Both the position numbers and the translations under genes were made by a program. A DNA stretch of 64,000 bases, from the IMG/VR virus record IMGVR_UViG_3300021958_000055, one strand, 5' to 3'. Positions 25,096 through 35,089 of this stretch are shown here, one piece after another. Under the pieces are notes generated by a model. It did not search any database. It saw nothing but the letters and a program-made list of their open reading frames with translations, and was not told the DNA's origin. The stretch comes from an uncultured virus (IMG/VR IMGVR_UViG_3300021958_000055) (lineage: Duplodnaviria > Heunggongvirae > Uroviricota > Caudoviricetes). How positions within the stretch are numbered: the stretch's first letter is position 1; each line of letters begins with the position of its first letter.

Positions 25096-28000
25096 TGGCA
25101 AATGGATTCAAACTAGATGATGTAAATCTCAAGGATCCAGTTGTTGGTATTAGAGATCCTTTGGTAGATCCTCTACAATCTAATATACAAAAACCTCCTG
25201 GATTTTTTTCATCATTAAGAAATCCTTTAGAGCTAATCTTTGAAGAATCTTTACCTGCATCTTTATATCAATGGCTTACTGGAAATACTAAAAAGAAACA
25301 AGCAGCAGATGCTAAGAGGTATCTTGCAAGATTTCCAAACCTAGTAGGCACAGCAAACTATAAAGAAGCAGAACGAATTTATAATAAGTTTGGTTATCTA
25401 TTAGAAGATGGAGACCAAAACTATGACTTTGGTGAAGTTGTAAAATTAGCTAAGAAACATCCTGGCATTATGGGTGCAGAACTAGTGAACATGATAGTAG
25501 CCGATCCATACTTATTAGCTATACCTAGTACATTTTTTACAAGACTAGGTAGAGGTGTAGTCAATGCTACAAGAGCTAAGTACTCTAAACGATTTAAGTA
25601 TGTAACTGACGATTTTAAAAAACAATATAAAAGTGATATTAGATATGGTGCAGCTGCAGCACTCTTTACACCCTTAGCGTTTTCAACAGGATTACAGCTA
25701 GGTGAAAAAGGCGAGATAGCTTTAGGTAGAACGACTACTGAAACTACTATAGGTGCTACTGCTGGACTTGTTTTAAGCACAGCACTTGGTGCTATACCAG
25801 CTATGGCAGCAAAACAATTAGATATACCTATTGATAAAGTAAGACAAGCTGCTGAAAAAGCAAACAAAAATATTAGTCCTGCAAAATATTTAGAACTTAC
25901 AGAAGATGGATCAAGAGTATCAACTAGTAATTTAATTAAAGAATTAAAAAAAACATATAGTGGTATTAGTGAAGGTGAGTTTCAAAGATTAAACAATATA
26001 ATTACAACTAGTTTTAATGAACCTATAGAAAAAGGTTTAGATATGGCAAAATCCACTGCATTAAAAGCAGCAGGGTTTGGAGCTATAGGAGCTACTGCAC
26101 AATTTCTTACAGAACCTAAAGATAAATTAGAAGAATCAGCTATAGGTTTTGGAGCTGGTGCTGGTATATATTTAGCATCGAAAGGTTTATTTGCTTTACT
26201 TAGAAGAAAAGAAGCTCCTGAAATTACAAAAACAATAACAACTTTAGAAAATGGTTTAGATACTGCACATTCATATAATGCTAAACTTAGCAGTGCTGTA
26301 GTTCCTATGATCACAAGAATCAAAGACTTCTTGCCTGATGATAAACAAAGAATAAAGTTATTCCATTATATACAAGGAACAAAAGTAAATAAAAGATTAG
26401 AACCTGATCTTAACGGATCTCCTATTCTTAGATCACAATTAAGTAGGAGAGAACGTATAGCAGAAGTATCTATTAGAAGAATACTTGATGATTTATATAA
26501 AGTAACTGATGATTTAGCACAACAAGCTGGTGGATCAACTGTTATTAATGCATATAGAACAAACTATCTTCCATTGATATGGAGTCAATTTAAAAAAGAA
26601 CCTTTACTTTTTACAAAAGATTTTAACGAAAAAGTAACTGGCATGTCAGGAAGATTTAAGTTTGGTAGAAAAAGACAATTTGCAGATATTAATGAAGGTT
26701 ATGCAGCAGGTTATGATGTAAAACCTGAAATGATGGATCCTGCTAGATTATTAGAAGTATATACTAAAGCACTTAGCAGAGCATTAGTTACAAGAGAGCT
26801 AGTAAAACATTTAAAAAATTCAGATATAAGTCCTATGATTGTACCAGTAGGAAAAGGATTTACTAGAAAATTACCAATATTAATAAACTCAGAAAAACAA
26901 GCTAGTATGTTAGGTAGTTATATTGGATCTCATTATACAAAATTTAATCATCCTTTCTTAGGAGCAAAAGACGTTTATATTATACGTGGCACAGAAAAAG
27001 CTATGCGTATGGTATTTGATGCTACAACAGAAGGTGAACTTATGTCAGGTATTTTCACAACTAATATGGTTATGAAAAGACTAGCTGTAGGTTTCTCATT
27101 CTTTCATGCTGGAGCATTAGTAGAAAGTATGATCTTTGCTGGTGTACCTTTAAAAGTTATAGGTAAATTTACTAAACAAGCTTTTACTAAAGGTAAAACA
27201 GAAATAGAAGAACTTATAGATAATCCAGGAAAATATTTAAAAGAATTTCCACACGCTAAGAAAGCTATCATAGATTCAGAATTTAATGATGCAGTTAGAT
27301 TTGCACAAAGTGCTAGATTAGTTATATCAACACCTGAAGATGCTGGGATAGATAGATTCTATGGTGTATTCAGATCTATAGATAAAAAATTAAAAAGTGA
27401 TTTTGGAATAAAGACTACTGAAAAAGTAGAAAAAGTATTTAAGTTTTTTGATAAAGTTACATGGGATCGTATCTTTACACACGCAAAGCTCTATACATTT
27501 TTAACAAAATACAACAAAATGTTAGATCCTGCTGTAGACAAAACATTAGCTCAATTAGATCGTAAAGCTAGAATAGCAGCTAAGTTTACAAATGATGCCT
27601 TTGGTGGTCAAGATTGGTTTGCATTAACTAGAAGTATACAGAATCCAATATATAAAAAACTAGCACAAACTACATTCCAACCAGGATCTAGAGGTTATAT
27701 GCAACTTCTTATGTTTGCTCCTGATTGGACAATATCTAACTTACGTATTATTGGTAAATCATTACCACAGTTTGAACGTAATAGTGATGCTAGAAGATTA
27801 TATGGTTATTATTTTACTAGAGCTGCAATAATGTATGCAGTATTTGGTAGTGCATTAAATTATTATTTCTCAGGCAAATCAATATTAGAAAACAAAGATC
27901 CTACTAGAATAGATCTAGGTGATGGAGATGTACTTACATTTTCTAAACAACTTATGGAGCCGTTCCATTGGATTACAGATCCACAAAAAACAGCTCTTAA

Positions 28001-28346
28001 GAAGATAGGATCTTTACCTAGAACTGTTACTGAGATTGCAACTAATAAACAATATTTAACTACAGGCTATTCGCCTAATATTACAGTTAAAGATGATACT
28101 GCTATTGAAAAAGCTATGAAAATAGGCGGTCAAGCAGGTCAAAGGTTCTTACCTATATGGCTACAAAGTAGTGTAAGATCTATAAAAGAACAGCTAGAAG
28201 CTGGTAATGTACCAAGCGATATAGCTGCTGATGTAGCATTAGATTTTGTGTTAGGTCAATCAGGTCATCCAAGATACAAAGGGCCAAGATATACACAATA
28301 TAAACTAGGAGGGCTTGTGAGAAATCCTTACGAGACATTATTTTAA
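25095..28346 (+). CDS. large internal virion / ejection protein
   Basis: 1083 aa at the end of the structural module, with Gly/Ala hydrophobic stretches. Confidence 0.65.
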   Translation: MANGFKLDDVNLKDPVVGIRDPLVDPLQSNIQKPPGFFSSLRNPLELIFEESLPASLYQWLTGNTKKKQAADAKRYLARFPNLVGTANYKEAERIYNKFGYLLEDGDQNYDFGEVVKLAKKHPGIMGAELVNMIVADPYLLAIPSTFFTRLGRGVVNATRAKYSKRFKYVTDDFKKQYKSDIRYGAAAALFTPLAFSTGLQLGEKGEIALGRTTTETTIGATAGLVLSTALGAIPAMAAKQLDIPIDKVRQAAEKANKNISPAKYLELTEDGSRVSTSNLIKELKKTYSGISEGEFQRLNNIITTSFNEPIEKGLDMAKSTALKAAGFGAIGATAQFLTEPKDKLEESAIGFGAGAGIYLASKGLFALLRRKEAPEITKTITTLENGLDTAHSYNAKLSSAVVPMITRIKDFLPDDKQRIKLFHYIQGTKVNKRLEPDLNGSPILRSQLSRRERIAEVSIRRILDDLYKVTDDLAQQAGGSTVINAYRTNYLPLIWSQFKKEPLLFTKDFNEKVTGMSGRFKFGRKRQFADINEGYAAGYDVKPEMMDPARLLEVYTKALSRALVTRELVKHLKNSDISPMIVPVGKGFTRKLPILINSEKQASMLGSYIGSHYTKFNHPFLGAKDVYIIRGTEKAMRMVFDATTEGELMSGIFTTNMVMKRLAVGFSFFHAGALVESMIFAGVPLKVIGKFTKQAFTKGKTEIEELIDNPGKYLKEFPHAKKAIIDSEFNDAVRFAQSARLVISTPEDAGIDRFYGVFRSIDKKLKSDFGIKTTEKVEKVFKFFDKVTWDRIFTHAKLYTFLTKYNKMLDPAVDKTLAQLDRKARIAAKFTNDAFGGQDWFALTRSIQNPIYKKLAQTTFQPGSRGYMQLLMFAPDWTISNLRIIGKSLPQFERNSDARRLYGYYFTRAAIMYAVFGSALNYYFSGKSILENKDPTRIDLGDGDVLTFSKQLMEPFHWITDPQKTALKKIGSLPRTVTEIATNKQYLTTGYSPNITVKDDTAIEKAMKIGGQAGQRFLPIWLQSSVRSIKEQLEAGNVPSDIAADVALDFVLGQSGHPRYKGPRYTQYKLGGLVRNPYETLF

Positions 28347-28552
28347 TGGAACAATATAAAGAAGATAGACAGAAGCTAGAGATAGCAGATGTTAAAGGTG
28401 ATATAAAAGTACTGTATACTAAAATAGATACAATAGAAAATAATCATCTAGCACACATCAAAAAAGATATAGATCGTATACTCTATATCCTTTCTGCTGT
28501 AGGTTTAGTAGTTCTTGGTGAACTATTCGTATTATTAAACAAGGTATTATAA
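28346..28552 (+). CDS. small coiled-coil membrane protein
   Basis: IENNHLAHI..DI plus a C-terminal hydrophobic segment. Confidence 0.6.
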   Translation: MEQYKEDRQKLEIADVKGDIKVLYTKIDTIENNHLAHIKKDIDRILYILSAVGLVVLGELFVLLNKVL

Positions 28553-28767
28553 TGGGATTATATCAACTAGCTATGGTGATATGCTCTATAGTACAACAAG
28601 AATGTTCTGATCCTCATATAATGCCTACAACTTATGAAACATTTAAACAATGTGTTCAAGCTGGGCATAAAGAAGCTTATGAAAAATTTGAACATTTAAA
28701 TGCAAGAGATGTAAATCGTAATATGGTTCATATTAAATTTTCTTGTATTAAATCATATAATTCATAG
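28552..28767 (+). CDS. hypothetical Cys-containing protein
   Basis: translationally coupled ORF. Confidence 0.55.
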   Translation: MGLYQLAMVICSIVQQECSDPHIMPTTYETFKQCVQAGHKEAYEKFEHLNARDVNRNMVHIKFSCIKSYNS

Positions 28768-28815
28768 TTTTACCTAACACTATACTTCTAGTAAAAATTG
28801 TAGTAAATATTTGAT

Positions 28816-29517
28816 ATGAACAAATCAATATTGATAATATCAGATACACATATACCATATCATCATCCTGATCTATTACCATTTTTAAAAGATCTTAAAA
28901 AGATTTATAACCCTGATAGGGTCATTCATATAGGAGATGAAGTAGATAAACACGCTATGTCATTTCATGATAGTGATCCTGATTTACCTAGTGCAGGTGA
29001 CGAATTAAAATTATCTTTACCCATCATTAAACAGATGGAGACTCTATTTCCTAAAATGGATCTATTAGATTCTAATCATGGAAGTTTAGTTTATCGTAGA
29101 GCATTAAAGCATGGCATTCCCAAAGCTTATCTTAGAGACTACAATGAGTTTTTAAAAGTAGGCAAAGGTTGGAAATGGCATGATGATCTAACTATACAGA
29201 CTTCTAATGGCCCAGTATATTTTTGTCATGGGAAGGTAGCTGATGTGCTTAAACTAGCTCAATCTATGGGGATGAGCTGCGTTCAAGGACATTATCACAG
29301 TTCCTATAATATAAAATATTATGGAAATTCATTAGGTTTGTATTACGGATTGCAGGTAGGTTGCCTTATAAATAAGGATGCTCTTGCTTTTCGGTATAAT
29401 AAAACACAACGAGCTAGACCGATCATAGGTTGTGCAGCTATAATCAATGGTTTGCCAAAGCTCTTACCAATGGTATTAAATAAACATGGACGATGGATCA
29501 AAAAAATCATTACCTAG
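28816..29517 (+). CDS. calcineurin-like metallophosphoesterase
   Basis: SDTH, GDEVD, SNH, CHG and GHYH motifs. Confidence 0.88.
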   Translation: MNKSILIISDTHIPYHHPDLLPFLKDLKKIYNPDRVIHIGDEVDKHAMSFHDSDPDLPSAGDELKLSLPIIKQMETLFPKMDLLDSNHGSLVYRRALKHGIPKAYLRDYNEFLKVGKGWKWHDDLTIQTSNGPVYFCHGKVADVLKLAQSMGMSCVQGHYHSSYNIKYYGNSLGLYYGLQVGCLINKDALAFRYNKTQRARPIIGCAAIINGLPKLLPMVLNKHGRWIKKIIT

Positions 29518-29923
29518 AGGTATAAGAAATCATAATCCAGGTAATATAAAATTAGGAACAGCATGGGATGGATTGTCAGATGAACAAAATGACGATGTAT
29601 TCTGTCAGTTTAAAGAACCAGTATGGGGCTTACGTGCATTAATGCGTATTCTTTTAACTTATAGATTTAACTACGACATTAAAACTATAGAAAAAATAAT
29701 AAATAGATGGGCGCCCCCTTCTGAAAACGATACAGAAAATTATATTAATTATGTTTGTGCAGCTACATCTAAAACTAAAGATGAAGAACTGGGCAACAAC
29801 ATTGAAGATTACTTGCCTTTAGTAAAAGCAATCATCAGAATGGAGAATGGTGATCAACCATATGAAGATGAAGTTATTATTGAAGGTATGTATAAAGCTT
29901 GGGAAGGTCACCCTACTTCATGA
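29486..29923 (+). CDS. lysozyme-like protein (RNNNPGNI/WAPP family), candidate endolysin
   Basis: PRGIRNHNPGNI ... RWAPPSENDT..Y ... AIIRMENG. Confidence 0.7.
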   Translation: MDDGSKKSLPRGIRNHNPGNIKLGTAWDGLSDEQNDDVFCQFKEPVWGLRALMRILLTYRFNYDIKTIEKIINRWAPPSENDTENYINYVCAATSKTKDEELGNNIEDYLPLVKAIIRMENGDQPYEDEVIIEGMYKAWEGHPTS

Positions 29924-30099
29924 AAAAGAAATCAACTGTAAATAAATCAGGTAACTATACTAAGCCTGGACTACGTAAAAGACTATTTCAAAGAATTAAA
30001 GCTGCTAACGTACAAGGTACTGGTGCAGGCAAATGGTCAGCTAGAAAAGCTCAACTACTTGCTAAAAGATATAAAGCAGCAGGTGGTGGCTATAAGTGA
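29920..30099 (+). CDS. small basic protein
   Basis: GNYTKPGLRKRLF..IKA ... G.WSARKAQLLA..YK..GGGY, a recurrent marine-phage family. Confidence 0.7.
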   Translation: MKKKSTVNKSGNYTKPGLRKRLFQRIKAANVQGTGAGKWSARKAQLLAKRYKAAGGGYK

Positions 30100-30290
30100 G
30101 AGAGATACTCATTGACGCTTTAGTAAAAAAATACAAAGCTGAAATAGTTGAAAATAAAGCAACTTTAAACATATACCTTACTAATCCAGTAGGGATTGGT
30201 GAACATCCTCAGCATATCGAAGAAATGGATAAACTCATTGCTAAAATAGCTGATGCAGAAGATAAACTAGAAACAATCAAAAATATATAA
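30096..30290 (+). CDS. hypothetical protein (NPVGIGEHP family)
   Basis: coupled ORF with a recognisable phage motif. Confidence 0.65.
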   Translation: MREILIDALVKKYKAEIVENKATLNIYLTNPVGIGEHPQHIEEMDKLIAKIADAEDKLETIKNI

Positions 30291-30535
30291 TGGCATTATC
30301 AAGACGACAACAAAGTTTAAAAGCTTGGGGTAAACAGAAATGGCGAACAAAATCTGGCAAAAAATCAAGTGTTACTGGAGAAAGATACTTGCCAACGCAA
30401 GCTATCAAGAATCTAAGTCCAGCAGAATATGCTGCTACTACAAAAGCAAAAAGAAAAGCAAAACGTAAAGGTAAACAGTTTAGTAAACAACCTAAACGTA
30501 TTGCCCAGAAGGTTAAAAGATATAGGAGTTTTTAA
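30290..30535 (+). CDS. small basic protein
   Basis: Q.SLK.W.KQKWRTKSGK.S..TGERYLP. Confidence 0.7.
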   Translation: MALSRRQQSLKAWGKQKWRTKSGKKSSVTGERYLPTQAIKNLSPAEYAATTKAKRKAKRKGKQFSKQPKRIAQKVKRYRSF

Positions 30536-30819
30536 TGGCTAGAAGACAAGACAATATGCCTAAAAGAAACAGACGTAATTTTAGACCTACTAAATCAGGT
30601 GCAGGTATGACGAGAGCAGGTGTTGCTGCATATCGTAGAAAGAATCCTGGATCTAAATTAAAAACTGCTGTTACAGGTAAAGTTAAACCAGGATCTAAAG
30701 ATGCTAAGAGACGTAAATCATTTTGTGCTAGAAGTGCAGGACAAATGAAAAAGTTTCCTAAAGCTGCTAGAGATCCTAATTCTAGACTAAGACAAGCTAG
30801 AAAAAGATGGAAGTGTTAA
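30535..30819 (+). CDS. small basic protein
   Basis: GAGMT.AGV.AYR..NPGSKLKTAV ... RRKSFCARS.G ... WKC. Confidence 0.7.
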   Translation: MARRQDNMPKRNRRNFRPTKSGAGMTRAGVAAYRRKNPGSKLKTAVTGKVKPGSKDAKRRKSFCARSAGQMKKFPKAARDPNSRLRQARKRWKC

Positions 30820-30820
30820 T

Positions 30821-31207
30821 ATGGCATGGTTAGGATTAGCCAAGATGGCTATACAAGCAGGATCTCACATCTATAAAAATAGACAACAGACTAAAATGCT
30901 TATGTCTGATGCAGAGAAAGTGCATGCTGAGAAGATGGCTCGTGGTGAATTAGAATATAAACAAGCTGTACTCAATGACAACAAACAAGGATGGAAAGAC
31001 GAGCTAGTTCTTATTATTGTTGTGCTGCCAATCGTGGTTCTCGCATGGTCAGTATTTAGTGGAGACCCACAAGCTAAAGAAAAGCTTGATATGTTTTTTG
31101 AATACTTCAATAACTTTCCTGAGTTCTACAAATGGTTAGTTCTTGGAATCTTTGGATCTATATATGGTTTAAAACCAGGTATGGATCTCTTTAAAAATAA
31201 GAAATAA
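30821..31207 (+). CDS. putative holin / membrane protein
   Basis: WKDE motif followed by two hydrophobic helices. Confidence 0.55.
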   Translation: MAWLGLAKMAIQAGSHIYKNRQQTKMLMSDAEKVHAEKMARGELEYKQAVLNDNKQGWKDELVLIIVVLPIVVLAWSVFSGDPQAKEKLDMFFEYFNNFPEFYKWLVLGIFGSIYGLKPGMDLFKNKK

Positions 31208-31210
31208 TGT

Positions 31211-31618
31211 ATGAAATTATCAGACAATACTTCGGTAGCTTTACCGATAAGAAATTTACTTGCGATTGTAGGTGCTGTAGCAGTAGGTGTATGGGCTTAT
31301 TTTGGCATTATTGAAAAGCTAAATAAACATAGTACTACTCTACAACTAATGGAATCTGATCTTGAGAAGAATACAGAGTTCAGAATAAAATGGCCTCGTG
31401 GATTAATGGGTTCATTGCCTGCGGACTCAGAACAATTCATGTTGATTGAGGATCTATATAAACAATTAGAAAAGATACAAGCTAATCAAGAGATGAACAT
31501 GACTAACAAAGTCAATATAGAATTTTTAAAAAAACAAATGGAAAAAGCATTATCAGATATTGAAGGCTTAAAAGATAAAAGCAGAGATATGTATTATAAA
31601 AATGGGAATGGAAAATGA
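31211..31618 (+). CDS. membrane-anchored coiled-coil protein
   Basis: N-terminal TM segment plus coiled coil. Confidence 0.6.
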   Translation: MKLSDNTSVALPIRNLLAIVGAVAVGVWAYFGIIEKLNKHSTTLQLMESDLEKNTEFRIKWPRGLMGSLPADSEQFMLIEDLYKQLEKIQANQEMNMTNKVNIEFLKKQMEKALSDIEGLKDKSRDMYYKNGNGK

Positions 31619-31824
31619 TTGAATCAGTTGTAGCTCTTTGTATGTTTGTAGCAGGTGAATTAAAAGAACATCGTATTCAAGCAGCTATGTCAGATTGTTT
31701 AAAAGGCAAACGTATTGCTGAAAGAGATATTAACAATAATATACAATACAAATGCGATACAGTTGAAGCAGAGCTTGAAACAAATATAGATGGTAGTAAG
31801 GCTATTAAAAAGATCATTAAATAA
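31615..31824 (+). CDS. hypothetical protein
   Basis: coupled ORF. Confidence 0.6.
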   Translation: MIESVVALCMFVAGELKEHRIQAAMSDCLKGKRIAERDINNNIQYKCDTVEAELETNIDGSKAIKKIIK

Positions 31825-31869
31825 TGGAACCTATTTGTTATATATTTTTAATACTATGGTTAATGGGAC

Positions 31870-32034
31870 ATGGATAGAATAAATAAAAAAGTAATTAAAT
31901 ATACCCAACAAAAGTGGGAAGATATTAAATTTATGAATATGTTTAAGATGCTTAGACAAGAAGTAGATATTAATGGAACTGGTACACACAAGTACAGAAT
32001 TAAACGAGGCCCTAACAAAGGCAAAGTTTTATAA
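31870..32034 (+). CDS. 54-aa hypothetical protein (not in the ORF track)
   Basis: MDRINKKV...EVDINGTGTHKYRIKRGPNKGKVL; its stop overlaps the next ATG. Confidence 0.5.
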   Translation: MDRINKKVIKYTQQKWEDIKFMNMFKMLRQEVDINGTGTHKYRIKRGPNKGKVL

Positions 32035-32121
32035 TGGAAATAATAATACCAGTAAATACTATCTTAGCTTTATTAGCTATTGCTGGAATAATAATTTGGA
32101 CTCTAAGACCATGATAAGCCT

Positions 32122-32298
32122 ATGTACAAAAAGAAAAAATATATCGCAAATCGTGTTGGCAAATGTAAACATTGCAAAAAAGAAGTTACGTCTAATATTA
32201 TTTACGTATCTTTTCCGAATCGTACAATAGCCTGTCAGAAGTGTTATCACCAGTCAGGAGCTTCTCTAATTTGGTTAAATAAACCACAAAGTCCATAG
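32122..32298 (+). CDS. 58-aa zinc-finger protein (not in the ORF track)
   Basis: CKHC ... CQKC. Confidence 0.45.
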   Translation: MYKKKKYIANRVGKCKHCKKEVTSNIIYVSFPNRTIACQKCYHQSGASLIWLNKPQSP

Positions 32299-32455
32299 CT
32301 TCTTCTTTAGCATCTTTTATCCATGCTACAACAGACTTGTGATTATCATCCATAGAGCCACCATATTTCTTTTGTCCAGCTTCGTGACGTTTAATATGGT
32401 CTATTAGTACTTGGCTAAGTATACTATCTGCTTTTTTCATTTTAGAAGTATTCAT
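32198..32455 (-). CDS. small all-alpha phage protein
   Basis: G.KKYG..MD ... W..DA.EE.MD..VYL.K motif. Confidence 0.6.
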   Translation of the reverse strand: MNTSKMKKADSILSQVLIDHIKRHEAGQKKYGGSMDDNHKSVVAWIKDAKEEAMDFVVYLTKLEKLLTGDNTSDRLLYDSEKIRK

Positions 32456-32804
32456 CCCGTACTCTTAACACAAACTTATCTTTTTTAATAGGTTTTTCTT
32501 CTCCATACAGAAATTTATATTGATATTCTGTATATGAAGTTAAACCTTTTTTTTGTGCCTTTTTAAAAGCATCTGATACGTACTCCCAATCATAGCTTGA
32601 TAAAGTACATATTAATTTAAAATCTTTGGTAGTATTTTGAAACCACTCTACAGCTTCTCTTTTATATTGAATAAGTTCTCTGTATGGGCCAGTATAGGTA
32701 GCATCCTGGAATGCTTGACTTATGACACTCATAAATAATCTTTCTTCGGGAGATTTATTATATTTATTTTCCTGAGTCTTTGTCAGACCTAGTGTAGACT
32801 TCAT
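32442..32804 (-). CDS. conserved phage protein
   Basis: PEERLF.SVI.QAF.DA ... A..WF ... DF..IC motif. Confidence 0.6.
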   Translation of the reverse strand: MKSTLGLTKTQENKYNKSPEERLFMSVISQAFQDATYTGPYRELIQYKREAVEWFQNTTKDFKLICTLSSYDWEYVSDAFKKAQKKGLTSYTEYQYKFLYGEEKPIKKDKFVLRVRDEYF

Positions 32805-32961
32805 ATGTTACTCTATCTCCCTTTAGAGGATTACTTTGCCACTCTATTTCATCTTGCTTAAAATTTTTTATTTTCTTTAAAGCTTCTTCATCACTATCTG
32901 CATCTATGACAACCTCTGAAAACAGAGGTCGCCATGCCCATACTTTGACTAAAAACTTCAT
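32764..32961 (-). CDS. hypothetical protein
   Basis: ORF in the operon; V.I.A.S.EEA..K pattern. Confidence 0.55.
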   Translation of the reverse strand: MKFLVKVWAWRPLFSEVVIDADSDEEALKKIKNFKQDEIEWQSNPLKGDRVTYEVYTRSDKDSGK

Positions 32962-33284
32962 ATTTTTGAGCTTCTTCTAGAGGCTTCTAGAGTACGCCAT
33001 ACATCAATAACTAAGTTCTCTTTAGCTCTATTGTTCTCTAACTTAGTTGCTTCTTCTACTAAAGCACGTTTTTCTTCTATGTGCTTTTTATAATGGTCAG
33101 AAGCGTACCAAGCATGTTCTTTCATTGCTACAGATTTTTGATCTTCGCAGCTAACAATAAACCTACCTTTAAGAGACTTAGCTAGATCTTTAATATAGTC
33201 TACACCAGCAGTTACTTTAGCATGTTGCTCATCAGTATCTGCTAGAAATGTTAAAGCTTTTTCTAATCTTTCTTGAGTAATCAT
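32958..33284 (-). CDS. helical protein, UvsY-like recombination mediator (tentative)
   Basis: coiled coil ending I.VWRT.EAS.R; next to the SSB-like and exonuclease genes. Confidence 0.45.
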   Translation of the reverse strand: MITQERLEKALTFLADTDEQHAKVTAGVDYIKDLAKSLKGRFIVSCEDQKSVAMKEHAWYASDHYKKHIEEKRALVEEATKLENNRAKENLVIDVWRTLEASRRSSKI

Positions 33285-33484
33285 GATGTTATGTTTCCTT
33301 TCTTTGTTTTACAATAATACATAAGTACTGGTTTACCTTTGTATAACATCTTGCTTTTATCTACATCTAGAATAACATGTTTCTTTACTGCTTCAGTGCA
33401 TAACATTTTAGGAACAGTAGCTGAGACAGATGCCTCAACTACAGATCCATTAACTAAATGCATTATAATAGCAACGATTTCCAT
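33281..33484 (-). CDS. hypothetical protein
   Basis: coupled ORF. Confidence 0.5.
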   Translation of the reverse strand: MEIVAIIMHLVNGSVVEASVSATVPKMLCTEAVKKHVILDVDKSKMLYKGKPVLMYYCKTKKGNITS

Positions 33485-33993
33485 TAAAATGGTGCCTCAT
33501 CACCATCATACTTAGCATCAAGTATCATACGTACGTATTTATCAATCTGATCAAAGTTTACTTCTTTGCCTGATTGTATACTTGCTGAAAGTAAATTACT
33601 CATAGTAAGTCTATACTTTTCTTTCCAAGCATCTTGTGAAGTCTTTACAGCTACAACTCCATTAGTTCTAGCAGCAGCATTTACTTCTGCTTGTGGTGGA
33701 GCTTCACCATCTACTTCGATTTTAGTACAGGTCTGATTATTGCTACCTGGTTTCTTGATTGGATAACCAGTTACAGTAACCTTTTGACCTTTCTGTATGT
33801 GTCTACAATTTTGATCTACATACAATCTTCTATCCATACCATTTTCCATTTCTACGGATAGCCAGTATTTAACTGGATTCTCATCGTCATGGATGTCTTT
33901 TACACCCTTGACCGTTGCTTGATATGTCTCTGTTTGAGTCATGATCTTCCTCTTTCTGTTGATGTGTTTTATTAATTTACCGATTTGTTGCAT
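33484..33993 (-). CDS. putative single-stranded DNA-binding protein
   Basis: OB-fold-like beta pattern and acidic C-terminal tail DGDEAPF. Confidence 0.55.
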   Translation of the reverse strand: MQQIGKLIKHINRKRKIMTQTETYQATVKGVKDIHDDENPVKYWLSVEMENGMDRRLYVDQNCRHIQKGQKVTVTGYPIKKPGSNNQTCTKIEVDGEAPPQAEVNAAARTNGVVAVKTSQDAWKEKYRLTMSNLLSASIQSGKEVNFDQIDKYVRMILDAKYDGDEAPF

Positions 33994-33994
33994 A

Positions 33995-34780
33995 CTACTT
34001 TATAGTATAATCAAAAGCCTTAATCCACAATTTTTTGGCAAACTCTTTGTATGGGGAATCAGGTTCTTTACCCCATCTGAAGTTCTCCATATTTAGTGGA
34101 AACATTCTGATTATATCTTCTTTAGTTTTGGCTATCGAAGTAATATGTTCAATAGTCTGCATAGCATGATAGATCTCTTTGAGCTTATGCTCATCTCTAT
34201 CTACCATATCCACAGCTTCTTGATCTGAGTGAGAAGCGTACAATAGCATTGTCGGCTTCTTACGAACATCTTTGTATAACAACTGCTGTCTTACATCAGC
34301 TGCTTTTGGATACCAATTTGGGTCAAGAGTACCTTTCTTGAGTCTTTTAAGATATGCTGTAGCTTTAGTGTCTACAATAACATCTTCAAACTCAAAGTCA
34401 GTTACAGTCTTGATTGGATATTTTAAGCCATCTTTTACTGTTATAGTCTCTTTTTGATAAGATACTACTTCACCAAACTCAGTAAGATTTTGTGCAAATC
34501 GCATGGCTATATCAACTGCCCATTCACGTTCAGATGATTCTTTAAACTCATTATTAGTAAGTTCATCAAACTTAGCTTCAGTAACCTTTTGAACTGCACT
34601 TTCGTCCATGTTCAGGTCACCCATAGCTTCGTTAGCTGCATGTTCTGCTGCACTACCCATAGTCATTCTAGCATTTACAGGGCCTTCGAAATCGTATAAT
34701 TTCGTAATTACCCAGTATGCAGGAGAATCTATGAAAGCATTAGCCGAACTAGCACTATGACAATAGTCTTTTTTAAGCAT
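33995..34780 (-). CDS. PD-(D/E)XK exonuclease (RecE/Cas4-like)
   Basis: HSASS...F...P..W, G.A.E, TDFEF...IVDTKAT, RQQ..Y. Confidence 0.75.
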   Translation of the reverse strand: MLKKDYCHSASSANAFIDSPAYWVITKLYDFEGPVNARMTMGSAAEHAANEAMGDLNMDESAVQKVTEAKFDELTNNEFKESSEREWAVDIAMRFAQNLTEFGEVVSYQKETITVKDGLKYPIKTVTDFEFEDVIVDTKATAYLKRLKKGTLDPNWYPKAADVRQQLLYKDVRKKPTMLLYASHSDQEAVDMVDRDEHKLKEIYHAMQTIEHITSIAKTKEDIIRMFPLNMENFRWGKEPDSPYKEFAKKLWIKAFDYTIK

Positions 34781-35089
34781 TTTAAGTCCTTTATGTTGAT
34801 TAATATTCATAACTTTTTAAATAGTAAGTACAATACTTCTATCAAAATATTGCAAGGTAAACAAACAATTAAAACTGAGAAAGATTATTTTGTATATAAT
34901 CTCTCAATTATAATGTCTTACCTTTTACAACCTACCAAAAGGTATGGGTGTAAAAGTAAAATCTTGTTTTATCATAATTGTAGATCTAGTAATCGTGTAG
35001 ATAGATTACTAAGTAAATACAATAAAGATGAGTTATTCAAATCACTCGTTGATAAATCTATTCAAACGTATATAAGTAAGTATGGATAA
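34757..35089 (+). CDS. hypothetical protein (start uncertain)
   Basis: ORF heading the plus-strand cluster. Confidence 0.4.
   Translation: MTIVFFKHFKSFMLINIHNFLNSKYNTSIKILQGKQTIKTEKDYFVYNLSIIMSYLLQPTKRYGCKSKILFYHNCRSSNRVDRLLSKYNKDELFKSLVDKSIQTYISKYG

Noticed and set aside
25421..26323. Long antisense ORFs (also 8224, 10860, 11177, 23847, 30871, 45271, 49985)
   Set aside because: They lie opposite well-supported genes, lack RBSs and mirror sense-strand codon bias
31973..32230. 85-aa ORF from the track
   Set aside because: It overlaps better-supported coupled micro-ORFs in other frames
33995..34810. CRISPR-Cas locus (Cas4-like nuclease)
   Set aside because: No repeat-spacer array or other cas genes; the context (SSB-like, UvsY-like) indicates a recombination exonuclease
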